DNA from: Deferrisomatales bacterium
Lineage (GTDB): Bacteria > Desulfobacterota > Deferrisomatia > Deferrisomatales > JACRMM01
Assembly (NCBI GenBank): GCA_033551855.1
Contig: JAWSUI010000016.1
Coordinates: 1-64,000, forward strand
DNA length: 64,000 nucleotides
Direction: 5' to 3'
Shown here: positions 10,365 through 19,339 of the stretch, piece after piece
How the letters are laid out: each line of letters opens with the position of its first letter
How positions within the stretch are numbered: the stretch's first letter is position 1
The notes under the pieces: model-generated
The model's input: the letters and a program-made list of their open reading frames with translations, nothing else
The model's database searches: none
What the model was told of the DNA's origin: nothing
Translations under genes and position numbers: made by a program

Positions 10365-12136
10365 CCACGCCGCAGCTCGTCCTGTTCGGCATCCTCGGAG
10401 CGGCCCTGGTCCTCTTCTTCTGGGGGCGCTGGCGGGTGGACGTGGTGGCGGTCGGGGCCCTGTTGGCCGCCGTGGCGACGGGGCTCGTGCCGGGCTCCGA
10501 GGCCTTCTACGGCTTCGGCCACCCGGCCGTGATGACGGTGGCGGCCGTGCTCGCCATCTCCGCCGCCCTGGAGCGCTCGGGCGTCGTGGACCTGGTGGTG
10601 CGACGGGTTACGGCTGCCACCCAGAGCCGGGCCGGGCAGACGACCGCGCTGAGCCTCTTCGGCGGTTTCATCTCCGGCTTCATGAACAACGTGGGGGCCC
10701 TGGCCCTCCTGCTGCCCGCAGGGATCTCGACGGCCCGCAAGACAGGATACTCGCCGTCGCTCCTCCTCATGCCCCTGTCGTTCGCCACCATCCTCGGGGG
10801 CCTCACAACCCTCGTGGGCACCCCCCCGAACATCATCGTCTCCGGCTTCCGGCGGGACGCCATGGGCCGCGGCTTCGCCCTGTTCGATTTCGCGTGGGTC
10901 GGCGTGCCCCTGGCCGCGGCGGGCATCGCGTTCCTGGTGCTCGTGGGCTGGCGGCTCATCCCCCGGGGCCGGAAGGCCGGCGGGGGCGGGGAGCCCTTCG
11001 AGATTTCCGACTACGTCACCGAGATGAGGGTCAAGGAAGGGGCGAAGGTGGCGGGCCGCACCCTGGCCCAGGTGCAGGAAGGCGCGGGGGTGGAGTTCAA
11101 CGTGCTCCAACTCATCCGCAACGGGTGGCGCTACCCGGGGCTTCTCCACCGGATCACCCTGCGGGAGGGCGACGTGCTCCTCGTCAAGGCCGACGCCACT
11201 GCCATCCAGGCCCTCGTGGACCAGGAAGGCGTCGAGCTCGTGGAGGCCTCGAAGATGCTCGAGGAGTTGGAGGCGGCCGACCTGGCGGTGGCCGAGGCCG
11301 TGGTCACCCCCCTCTCCTGGCTCGCGGGCCGGAGCCCCCGGAGCCTGCGGCTGCGAAACCTCTTCGGCGTGAACCTGCTCGCCCTCTCCCGCAAGGGTCA
11401 GCAGATCCGCACCCGGCTGCGGGACGTGCGGCTCGAGCCCGGGGACGTGCTCCTCCTTCAGGGGGAGGCGGATAGCCTGGGCCAGTCCGTGAGCCGGCTG
11501 GGGTGCCTGCCCCTGGCGGAGCGGGGCCTCACCCTCCAGCCCCGGCGGGCGCTCGTGCCCCTGGCGGTCTTCGCCGCGGCCATCGCCGCCATCGCCTTCG
11601 GGATCCTCCCGGCCGCCATCGCGCTGGTGATGGCGGTGCTCGTGATGGTGCTCGCGGGGGTGCTGTCACCGGCCGACGTGTACGAGAGCATCGACTGGCA
11701 GGTGGTCGTCCTCCTGGGAGCGCTCATCCCCGTGGGCGGCGCCCTGGAGACCACCGGCGCCGCCGCCTGGATCGCAGCCCGGATCGGAGAGCTCGCCCGG
11801 GCCCTTTCTCCCCATCTGGTGATTGCCGCGATCCTGGTGGTGACCATGACCCTGTCGGACCTCATGAACAACGCCGCCACGGCGGTGGTCATGGCCCCCA
11901 TTGCGATCGGGGTGGGCCGGGAGCTCGGCCTGAGCCCCGACCCCTTCCTCATGGCCGTGGCGGTGGGCGCCTCCTGCGCCTTCCTCACGCCCATCGGCCA
12001 CCAGAACAACGTGCTGGTCATGGGGCCGGGCGGATACCGCTTCGGGGACTACTGGAGGGTCGGGCTCCCCTTGGAGATCCTGCTGGTCCTGCTGGCGGTG
12101 CCCCTGATCCCGTGGGCCTGGCCCTTCACTCCCTAG
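10361..12136 (+). CDS. SLC13/CitMHS-family permease with TrkA-C domains
   Basis: SGFMNN, GTPPNII and TPIGHQNN..VMGPGGYRFGDY motifs; two hydrophobic halves flanking a soluble region. Confidence 0.88.
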   Translation: MTTPQLVLFGILGAALVLFFWGRWRVDVVAVGALLAAVATGLVPGSEAFYGFGHPAVMTVAAVLAISAALERSGVVDLVVRRVTAATQSRAGQTTALSLFGGFISGFMNNVGALALLLPAGISTARKTGYSPSLLLMPLSFATILGGLTTLVGTPPNIIVSGFRRDAMGRGFALFDFAWVGVPLAAAGIAFLVLVGWRLIPRGRKAGGGGEPFEISDYVTEMRVKEGAKVAGRTLAQVQEGAGVEFNVLQLIRNGWRYPGLLHRITLREGDVLLVKADATAIQALVDQEGVELVEASKMLEELEAADLAVAEAVVTPLSWLAGRSPRSLRLRNLFGVNLLALSRKGQQIRTRLRDVRLEPGDVLLLQGEADSLGQSVSRLGCLPLAERGLTLQPRRALVPLAVFAAAIAAIAFGILPAAIALVMAVLVMVLAGVLSPADVYESIDWQVVVLLGALIPVGGALETTGAAAWIAARIGELARALSPHLVIAAILVVTMTLSDLMNNAATAVVMAPIAIGVGRELGLSPDPFLMAVAVGASCAFLTPIGHQNNVLVMGPGGYRFGDYWRVGLPLEILLVLLAVPLIPWAWPFTP

Positions 12137-12176
12137 CCCTGCCGGGCGCGGGCCTCGACCCAGAGGGGACGGAACC

Positions 12177-13256
12177 GTGACGAACCCGATCTTCCACCGC
12201 TGGAGCCGCAAGTACTTCTCCCACCCGGAGGCGGTCATCCTCGCGGTGCTCTTGACCGTCGGCTTCGCAGTGGTGCTGCTCCTTGGGCGGATGCTGGCGC
12301 CGGTGTTCGCCAGTGTCGTGCTCGCGTACCTGCTCGAGGCGCCGATCGACGCCCTGGCCCGCCGCGGGGTGCGCAGGCGTCTCGCCGTCTACCTGGTCTT
12401 CACGGTGTTCCTCGCGTTCCTCCTCTTCCTCACCCTCGGCCTCGCACCGCTCCTCTCCCAGCAGGTCACTCAGCTCGTCCAGGAGCTCCCGAACATGATC
12501 GCCACGGGGCAGCGGACGCTGCTCCTCTTGCCCGAGCGCTACCCGAACTTCGTCACGGAGGAACAGGTGGTGGAGATGATCATGGGAATCCGCGCGAGCG
12601 TCACGCGGCTGGGTCAGGGCCTGCTGTCGGTCTCCCTGGCCTCCCTCTCCCACGTCTTCACCATTCTGGTCTACATGGTGCTCCTGCCGGTCCTGGTCTT
12701 CTTCCTCCTCAAGGACAAGGAGCAGATCCTGGGGTGGCTGCTCCATTACCTGCCCCAGGAGCGGGGGGTGGCCGTGAGGATCTGGGAGGAGATGGACCTG
12801 CAGATCGGCAACTACGTGCGGGGGAAGTTCGCGGAGATCCTGATCGTGGCGGTGGTGTCCTACGCGGCCTTCGCCTTCCTCGGGCTGAACTACGCCATGC
12901 TCCTGGGGGCGCTCGTGGGGCTCTCGGTCATCATCCCTTACGTGGGGGCCATCGCCGTGACGGTGCCGGTCCTCCTCATCGGCTTCTTCCAGTGGGGTTG
13001 GAGCGCGGAGCTCGGCTACCTCACGATCACCTATCTGGTGATCCAGGCCCTGGACGGCAACCTGCTCGTGCCGTGGCTCTTCTCGGAGGCTGTCAACCTG
13101 CACCCGATCGCCATCATCGTGGCGGTGCTGCTCTTCGGCGGGCTTTGGGGCTTCTGGGGCGTCTTCTTCGCCATCCCGCTGGCGACCCTCGTCAAGGCGG
13201 TGGTGAATGCGTGGCCCCGCTCGCTGGCGGAGCCGGAGGCCGGCCCCGGAGCCTGA
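12177..13256 (+). CDS. AI-2E family transporter (PerM-like)
   Basis: Multi-TM protein; IPYVGA, QALDGNLLVP, LHP and GGLWGFWGVFFAIP motifs. Confidence 0.9.
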   Translation: MTNPIFHRWSRKYFSHPEAVILAVLLTVGFAVVLLLGRMLAPVFASVVLAYLLEAPIDALARRGVRRRLAVYLVFTVFLAFLLFLTLGLAPLLSQQVTQLVQELPNMIATGQRTLLLLPERYPNFVTEEQVVEMIMGIRASVTRLGQGLLSVSLASLSHVFTILVYMVLLPVLVFFLLKDKEQILGWLLHYLPQERGVAVRIWEEMDLQIGNYVRGKFAEILIVAVVSYAAFAFLGLNYAMLLGALVGLSVIIPYVGAIAVTVPVLLIGFFQWGWSAELGYLTITYLVIQALDGNLLVPWLFSEAVNLHPIAIIVAVLLFGGLWGFWGVFFAIPLATLVKAVVNAWPRSLAEPEAGPGA

Positions 13257-13629
13257 GCGAGAGTGGGCCACGGGAGCGGAACCGAGGGCGCCCTCCTCGG
13301 TCCCCGAAGATTCGCAATTCCTGGACCAGGAAGAAGTTCAGGACGGTGCGGATGCCGACGATCGCCGCGAGCTTGCCGATCTCGTCCCAGCCCGGCGAGA
13401 TCGCCGTGAGCAGGACATCCGCGCCGATGAGGAACTCCAGGCTCAGGGAGAGCATGTGCCCCAGCTCGTTGCGCGCCTCCACGAGGGCCCGGTGGGTCCG
13501 GTGGCGGATCAGTCCCTTGACCACGAAGGTGTAGAGGGCCTGGGCGAAGCCGATGACGATGAAGAACACGGCGAAGGCCTCGGCCACCAGGGCCACCCGC
13601 TCCGCCACGCTGCGCACCAGCAGTTCCAT
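13192..13629 (-). CDS. DUF1622-family membrane protein
   Basis: LSLEFLIGADVLLT..P.WDEIGKLAAIVGIRTVLNFFL motif. Confidence 0.85.
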   Translation of the reverse strand: MELLVRSVAERVALVAEAFAVFFIVIGFAQALYTFVVKGLIRHRTHRALVEARNELGHMLSLSLEFLIGADVLLTAISPGWDEIGKLAAIVGIRTVLNFFLVQELRIFGDRGGRPRFRSRGPLSLRLRGRPPAPPASGATHSPPP

Positions 13630-13702
13630 GTCCTACCCCTCCCTCTCCCTCGGGCCGGGTCCGCCCGGATGGGTGCTGAACGGGCCGGCCCGCACACGGA
13701 GG

Positions 13703-13736
13703 AAAGGCCGGACCCACCACGGCGGATCCGGCCTTC
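13703..13736 (-). terminator. Hairpin downstream of cspA
   Basis: aaggccgga ... tccggcctt inverted repeat about 25 nt after the stop; only a weak U-tract. Confidence 0.45.
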
Positions 13737-13759
13737 GCGTTCTCGAACCGGCGAGGCGG

Positions 13760-13960
13760 TCAGGCGGGGCGCACGTTGGACGCCTGGGCGCCCTTGGGCC
13801 CCTGGGTCACGTCGAACTCCACCGCCTGCCCCTCGGTCAGGGTCTTGAAGCCCTCACCCTCGATGGCGCTGAAGTGCACGAAGACATCCGGGCCACCCTC
13901 CTGGGAGATGAACCCGTACCCCTTCTGGTCGTTGAACCACTTCACGGTTCCCTTTGCCAT
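13760..13960 (-). CDS. cspA: Cold-shock protein
   Basis: [15 protein letters not shown] (RNP1) and DVFVHFSAI (RNP2); 66 aa; GGAGG RBS. Confidence 0.97.
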   Translation of the reverse strand: MAKGTVKWFNDQKGYGFISQEGGPDVFVHFSAIEGEGFKTLTEGQAVEFDVTQGPKGAQASNVRPA

Positions 13961-14113
13961 GGCTCACACCTCCTTTCCTCACAGACTCTGGGTACTTCCG
14001 ACCCATGTGATGCACTAGCGATGGTTCGAAAGCCCCAGACGGAAAGGGCGTGCCCTGCCGCTCTGTACTTCTCGGCCATCGGAGTGTCCGTTGTCGGGAG
14101 GGGCCGTCCACAC

Positions 14114-14153
14114 AAAAACAAAAAAGGGAGCGGCCTGGGGTGCAGCCACTCCC
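14114..14153 (-). terminator. Intrinsic terminator-like hairpin with U-tract between parA and cspA
   Basis: Minus strand reads gggagtggc-tgcacccca-ggccgctccc-ttttttgttttt. Confidence 0.65.
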
Positions 14154-14238
14154 TCCGGTTCGCAGCTGCCTCCCGCCGGTCGAGACGACATCCTTCCCGG
14201 CCGGTGGGCAGAACCCTACCTTCTCTCCCCGGCGCCGG

Positions 14239-15225
14239 TCAAGAGGATTTCCGCCCGTCGCCCTCGCGGTCCGGCACCCCCCGCCCCATGCGCTCCCCGA
14301 CCTCCCGGGCCAGGGCCCGGTAGTCCTGGGACCCGGCGCTGCGGGGGTCGAAACGGGTGATGGCGGTCCGGTGCCCCGGGCACTCCGCCAACCGGATGTT
14401 CTGCCGGATGACCGTGGCGAAGAGCTGGGGCCCGTACTGCTCCCGGAGGCTCTCTACCACCTCGGGGCCGTGGCGGGCCCGGGCGTCGAGCCGGCAAGGC
14501 AGGATTCCCAGGACCTCGAGGCCCGGGTTGAGGCGCTCCCGGACGAGCGCCACCGTCTGGAGGAGTTGGGCGAGGCCCACGACGGCAAGGAAGTGGGCCT
14601 CCACCGGGATCAGGACCCGGTCCGCAGCCGCCAGCGCGTTGATCAGGAGGATGCCCGTCGAGGGCGGGCAGTCCAGAAAGACCCAGTCGTAGGGAGTTGC
14701 CCGGGCCTGCTCGGTGAGGCGGCGGTTGCGGTCGGCCGCCAGCCGCTCCCGCTCCGCAGGGCCGGCCGCACGGTAGCGCGCCCCCCAGACCACCTCCGGG
14801 TCTGCGGACCCGTACTCCAGGAATTCCGCAGGGGTTACCCGCTCCGGCTCCCAACGGTGCCGGCCCGCCCGCTTCCCCAAGGACTCGGCCAGCCCCTCGA
14901 GGCGGCGGCGCAGGAGCGTCTCGGCCCCGATCTCACCGGCCAACGATCGCTCCGCCCCACCCAGCAGTGCCGTGGCAGGGATCAGGCCCACGCCGGTCTC
15001 CGCGGTGGGGAGGATCCGGTCCAGGAGGTCCCCGGAGCCCAGGAGGGCGTCGAGGCTCTCGGCGCCGCCGTCGTCGGCCCCGAGCCAGCGGGTGGCGGAG
15101 CATTGGGGGTCCAGGTCCACCACCAGGCTCGGCGACCCGGCTTCCGCCAGCGCAGCGGCCAGGCTCACCGCGGTGGTGGTCTTGCCCGAGCCTCCCTTGT
15201 GGTTGCAGACGGCGATGGTCTTCAG
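14239..15225 (-). CDS. Orphan ParA/Soj-family ATPase with an internal insertion; probable CTG start
   Basis: The frame extends upstream of the tracked ORF to CTG-AAG-ACC (LKTIAVCNHKGGSGKTTTAV, deviant Walker A), bounded by an in-frame TGA and preceded by GGAGG. Also DLDPQ, DCPPS, IRQNIRLAECP and DYRALA motifs. Confidence 0.85.
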   Translation of the reverse strand: MKTIAVCNHKGGSGKTTTAVSLAAALAEAGSPSLVVDLDPQCSATRWLGADDGGAESLDALLGSGDLLDRILPTAETGVGLIPATALLGGAERSLAGEIGAETLLRRRLEGLAESLGKRAGRHRWEPERVTPAEFLEYGSADPEVVWGARYRAAGPAERERLAADRNRRLTEQARATPYDWVFLDCPPSTGILLINALAAADRVLIPVEAHFLAVVGLAQLLQTVALVRERLNPGLEVLGILPCRLDARARHGPEVVESLREQYGPQLFATVIRQNIRLAECPGHRTAITRFDPRSAGSQDYRALAREVGERMGRGVPDREGDGRKSS

Positions 15226-15268
15226 GGTTCACCCTCCGGAGCGATGGTGAGCGGTAAGCGGTGAGTCT

Positions 15269-15301
15269 CCCTCCCCCACCGGGGGAGGGCCGGGGTGGGG
15301 G
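15269..15301. repeat. REP-like palindrome
   Basis: ccctccccc-acc-gggggaggg-ccggggtggggg; a similar element lies at 37413-37446. Confidence 0.5.
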
Positions 15302-15330
15302 CGCCAAGGATCGCCTCCCAGACCCCCCCC

Positions 15331-16170
15331 TCACCCCACGATGCGTTCGTGGCCGCTGTAGGCGGTGAACCGGCCGGCCCGCACGTACCCGATCAACGTG
15401 ATGTTGAGTGTCTGGGCGAGCTCCACGGCGAGACCCGTCGCGGCGTTGCGGCTGACGAGGACCCCTAGGCCCACCCGGGCTGCCTTGAGCAGGATCTCCG
15501 AGGTAAGTCGCCCGGTGGTCAGGAGCATCTTGTCCCCCAGGGTCATGCCCTGGAGGAACACGTGGCCGACCACCATGTCGGCCGCGTTGTGGCGGCCGAT
15601 GTCGTCCCGGAAGAGCAGGAGCTGGTCCGGCTTCGCCAGCGCCGTGTTGTGGACCCCCCGGGTGCGCCGGTAGGTCTCGCTCAGCCGGTTGAGATCCTCC
15701 ATGCGGTCCAGCACCTGGGCCGCCGACACCCGCAGGGGGCTCTCAGAGGGTTTGCTCAGGAGGGCGTCCAGGGCGTGGTAGAAGGCCGAACCCTTGCCGC
15801 AGCCCGAGGTGACCGTCCTCTTTGACCAGAGCTCGGAGGCCAGGAGGGGCTCTCCCCGCGTCTGGACCTCCACGCGCCCCGCCTCCGCGTCCACCCGGAT
15901 GGAAGCGACGTCCTCGGGGCTGCGGAGGAACCCCTCGGCGTAGAAGAAGCCGGCGGCCAGCTCGTCCAGATGGTGCCCGGCGCACAAGAGGGTCACCACC
16001 TCGCGGCCGTTCAGGTGGAGGGTGACGGGCCGCTCGCGGACGAGGGGCTGGCGCACCTCGTCGCGCAGCCCCGACCGGTCGTACACCCGGGCGGGGACGG
16101 CGACGATGCCCTCGTCGTGATCCCCGTCCGCGGGGGGCGGCGGGATGGGCTCCCCGGTGAGCTGGTTCAC
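15331..16170 (-). CDS. fdhD: Formate dehydrogenase accessory sulfurtransferase FdhD
   Basis: TSGCGKG, TRGVHN, DIGRHNAAD, TGRLTSE and LIGYVR motifs; exact start uncertain. Confidence 0.92.
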   Translation of the reverse strand: MNQLTGEPIPPPPADGDHDEGIVAVPARVYDRSGLRDEVRQPLVRERPVTLHLNGREVVTLLCAGHHLDELAAGFFYAEGFLRSPEDVASIRVDAEAGRVEVQTRGEPLLASELWSKRTVTSGCGKGSAFYHALDALLSKPSESPLRVSAAQVLDRMEDLNRLSETYRRTRGVHNTALAKPDQLLLFRDDIGRHNAADMVVGHVFLQGMTLGDKMLLTTGRLTSEILLKAARVGLGVLVSRNAATGLAVELAQTLNITLIGYVRAGRFTAYSGHERIVG

Positions 16171-16207
16171 GCGGACCGTCGGCTCCTGGCCGAGCTCGTC
16201 TCCAGCC

Positions 16208-16825
16208 TCAGGCCCCCGCGGCGCGGGGCTCCGACGCCGTACGCGGGAACTTCAGGGCCTCCACGAAGACGTACGCGGCCTGGAGCGCCTCCGTGGGGCA
16301 CAGGGGAAAGCACTCCTTGCAGCTCCAGCACTCCTTGGAGGCGATCTCCGGGACGAAAGCGATCTCCTTGCGCGGCCCCCGGTCGATGAACCCCACGGCG
16401 TCCTTCTTCTTCACCTCGGCGCAGTAGCGCACGCACAGGCCGCAGTGGATACAGAAGGAGCTCTCCTTCTCGAACCGGTCCTTGTCCGCCCCGTACTCCC
16501 CGGCCAGGTCGTTGAGAGTGGGCGAATCGGGGGCGTGGGCCAGGTAGAGCTCCAGGATCATCCTTCGAATCCGGTCGATGACCTCGGAGCGCGTACGCAC
16601 CACCAGCTTGTCCTCTACGGGGTAGACGCAGCTCGCCACCCGGCTCGTCCAGCCGCGCTTGTCTACCTCGACGAGGCAGAGCCGGCAGCTCCCGAAGGGC
16701 TCGAGCTTTTCGTGGTGACACAGGGTGGGGATGGAGAGCCCGGCACCGCGCGCCGCTTGGAGGAGGGTCATCCCCTCCGTCGCTGCCACTTCCTTGCCGT
16801 CGATCTGGAGGCGGATGTCACGCAT
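16208..16825 (-). CDS. bamI: Class II benzoyl-CoA reductase subunit BamI ([2Fe-2S]/[4Fe-4S], like the NuoG N-terminus)
   Basis: IPTLCHH..GSCRLCLVEV..ASC, CIHCGLCVRYC and CWSCKEC..CP motifs; last bam gene. Confidence 0.85.
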   Translation of the reverse strand: MRDIRLQIDGKEVAATEGMTLLQAARGAGLSIPTLCHHEKLEPFGSCRLCLVEVDKRGWTSRVASCVYPVEDKLVVRTRSEVIDRIRRMILELYLAHAPDSPTLNDLAGEYGADKDRFEKESSFCIHCGLCVRYCAEVKKKDAVGFIDRGPRKEIAFVPEIASKECWSCKECFPLCPTEALQAAYVFVEALKFPRTASEPRAAGA

Positions 16826-18749
16826 CTTTCTTGCTCTTTCTCACGATGGTTCGCTTCTCTTCCGGGACGGGAGGAGGCACCGCCTCGCCCGAGAGCTTCC
16901 GCACGGCGGCGAAACGGGGTGGGCAGGCCTCGATGCACGTCCCGCACTTGGTGCACTTGTCCTGGTCCACGATGTGGATGAGATTCTTGCCCCCCGTAAT
17001 GGCGTCCGCCGGGCACTTGCGCAGGCAGCTCCCGCAGGCCTGGCACGCTTCCGGGTCGACGTAGAAGGCGATGAGCTCCTTGCAGGACAGCGCCGGGCAG
17101 CGCTGCTCCCGGATGTGGGCCTCGTACTCGTCGCGGAAGTAGCGCAGCGTGCTGAGGAAGGGGTTGGGGGCGCTCTTTCCCAGGGCGCAGAGCGCGCCCT
17201 CGGTGGCCACCTCGGAGAGCGCCTCGAGGATCTCGATGTCGCCCTCCTTGCCGCGCCCCTCCGTGATGTTGGTGAGGACCTTGTGCATCTGCCGGAGGCC
17301 TTCCCGGCAGGGAACGCACTTGCCGCAGGACTCGTCGGTGAGGAAGTCGACGAAGTACCGGGCCACGTCGACCATGCAGGTGTCTTCGTCCATGACGATC
17401 ATCCCGCCGGACCCCATCATGGAGCCGGCCTTGGTGAGCTCGTCGAAGCCGACCTGCAGGTCGAGCAAGTGTTCGGGCAGACATCCTCCGGAGGGGCCTC
17501 CGGTCTGCACCGCCTTGAACTTCTTGCCCCCCGGGATCCCCCCGCCGATCTTGTAGATGATGTCCCGCAGGGTGATCCCCATGGGCACCTCGACGAGACC
17601 GGTGTTGGTGATCTTGCCCACCAGGGAGAAGATCTTCGTCCCCTTGCTGCCCTCGGTGCCCAGCCGGGTAAACCACTCCGCCCCACGGTTGACGATGAGG
17701 GGCACGTTGGCCCAGGTCTCCACGTTGTTGAGCACGCTGGGCCTGTCCCAGAGGCCCTTGATGTTGGAGCGGATGTACTTGGGCCGGGGCTCGCCCGCCC
17801 TGCCCTCGAGTGCGGTCATGAGGGCGGTGGACTCCCCGCAGACGAAGGCGCCCGCCCCCTGGTGGACCTTGACGGTGAAGTCGAAGCCGGAGCCCAGGAT
17901 GTCGGTGCCGAGCAGCCCGTACTCCTCGGCCTTCCGGATGGCCAGGGTGATGTTCTCCACCGCCAGCGGGTACTCCTGCCGGACGTAGATGTATCCCTCC
18001 CGGGCGCCTACGGTGTAGCCTCCGATGATCAGCCCCTCGAGGATCGAGTGGGGGTTGCCCTCGAGCAGGGCCCGGTCCATGAACGCCCCGGGGTCCCCCT
18101 CGTCGGCGTTGACGATGACGTACTTGATCGGCTCGGGGGCGCTGCGGGAGCCTTCCCACTTCCTGCCCGCGGGAAACCCCCCGCCCCCCCGCCCCCTCAA
18201 GTTGGCCCGCTGGATCTCGTCGAGCACCGCCTCCGGAGTCATCTGGAACAGGGCCTTGGCGAGGGCGGCGTAGCCGCCCACCGCCAGGTAGTCCTCGATG
18301 CTCTTCGGGTCGATCCGGATATTGGTCCCGAGGATGATCCGTTCCTGGTTCCGGTAGAAGGGGATCTCGGACTCCTTGGGCGCCTTGGTCCCCGTGGCGG
18401 GGTCCTCGTAGACGAGGCGGTCGACGACCTCGCCCTCCCGGATGGTCTTCGCGACGATCTCCGGGACGTCCTGCGGGCTCACCTGGAGGTAACAGATCTC
18501 CTGGGGGTAGACGACGACGATGGGGCCCCTCTCGCAGAAGCCGGGGCAGCCGGTGCCCTTCGTCTCCACCTCGACCCCGAGGCCCTGGGACGCCACCTCC
18601 GCCTGGAACGCCTCGATGACCTCGGCCGCCCCCGAGGCGATGCAGCCGGCCCCGGCACACACGGAGATGCAGGGCGCGTCCGAAGCGCGCCGGGAAGCGA
18701 TCTCTTGTCGGAGGCTTTCGAGCTCTGCTGGAGAATGCAAACACGCCAT
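16818..18749 (-). CDS. bamH: BamH (NuoF/HydB-like NADH- and flavin-binding subunit)
   Basis: LRGRGGGGFP, NADEGDPGAFMDR, GAFVCGE, GGPSGGC and ESCGKCVPCREG motifs; C-terminal 2x[4Fe-4S] domain. Confidence 0.88.
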   Translation of the reverse strand: MACLHSPAELESLRQEIASRRASDAPCISVCAGAGCIASGAAEVIEAFQAEVASQGLGVEVETKGTGCPGFCERGPIVVVYPQEICYLQVSPQDVPEIVAKTIREGEVVDRLVYEDPATGTKAPKESEIPFYRNQERIILGTNIRIDPKSIEDYLAVGGYAALAKALFQMTPEAVLDEIQRANLRGRGGGGFPAGRKWEGSRSAPEPIKYVIVNADEGDPGAFMDRALLEGNPHSILEGLIIGGYTVGAREGYIYVRQEYPLAVENITLAIRKAEEYGLLGTDILGSGFDFTVKVHQGAGAFVCGESTALMTALEGRAGEPRPKYIRSNIKGLWDRPSVLNNVETWANVPLIVNRGAEWFTRLGTEGSKGTKIFSLVGKITNTGLVEVPMGITLRDIIYKIGGGIPGGKKFKAVQTGGPSGGCLPEHLLDLQVGFDELTKAGSMMGSGGMIVMDEDTCMVDVARYFVDFLTDESCGKCVPCREGLRQMHKVLTNITEGRGKEGDIEILEALSEVATEGALCALGKSAPNPFLSTLRYFRDEYEAHIREQRCPALSCKELIAFYVDPEACQACGSCLRKCPADAITGGKNLIHIVDQDKCTKCGTCIEACPPRFAAVRKLSGEAVPPPVPEEKRTIVRKSKKDA

Positions 18750-18758
18750 GGTTGTCCC

Positions 18759-19211
18759 CTACTCGTAGTGCTTGAGCACGTCCACCGACTCGCCGGGGGA
18801 CAGCCTGCCGAAGGTCTTCCTGTCGACTTCCATCACGGGACCCAGCGCACAGCACCCCAGACAGTTGACGGTCTCGAGACTGTACTTCAGGTCCAGATCG
18901 GTCTCGCCCGGTTTGATGCCGGTGAAGCCCTCGACCGAGTCGAGGACCCTCTGGGCGCCCCGGACATGGCAGGCGGTGCCCACGCAGATGTGGACCTGGT
19001 GGCGCCCCTTCGGGACCAGGCTGAACGCCTTGTAGAAGGTGGCCACGTGGTGGATCCGGGCCATCGGGACCTCGAGCCGCTCGCCCACGCGCTCGAGGGC
19101 CTCCCGGGGGAGCCAGTGGTTCTCGGCCTGGATGTCCAGGAGGATCTGGATGAGGGAGCTCGCCTCTCCCCCGTGCTTCGCGATGATCTGGTCGACTCGT
19201 TCGATGTCCAT
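18759..19211 (-). CDS. bamG: BamG (NuoE-like [2Fe-2S] subunit)
   Basis: 3' part of ORF 18759..20054 from ATG 19211 (MDIERVDQII); ATFY, CVGTACHVRG and CLGCCALGP motifs. Confidence 0.88.
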   Translation of the reverse strand: MDIERVDQIIAKHGGEASSLIQILLDIQAENHWLPREALERVGERLEVPMARIHHVATFYKAFSLVPKGRHQVHICVGTACHVRGAQRVLDSVEGFTGIKPGETDLDLKYSLETVNCLGCCALGPVMEVDRKTFGRLSPGESVDVLKHYE

Positions 19212-19242
19212 GCTCTCCGTCCAAGACGTCGGCGATGGCCCT

Positions 19243-19304
19243 TGGCCCTTCGCCTCTGGTAGGGACGCCTCGCCGAGGCGTCCGTGGCCCTTCGCCTCTG
19301 GTAG
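19243..19304. repeat. Short direct repeat (2 x 20 bp, 42-bp period) in the bamF-bamG spacer
   Basis: tggcccttcgcctctggtag at 19243 and at 19285. Confidence 0.8.
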
Positions 19305-19339
19305 AAGCGCCTCGCTCGGCGGGCGCGCCCTACCCGTTC

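Noticed and set aside
19243..19320. Direct repeats as a mini CRISPR array
   Set aside because: Only two 20-bp units, the following sequences are similar to each other, and there are no cas genes.
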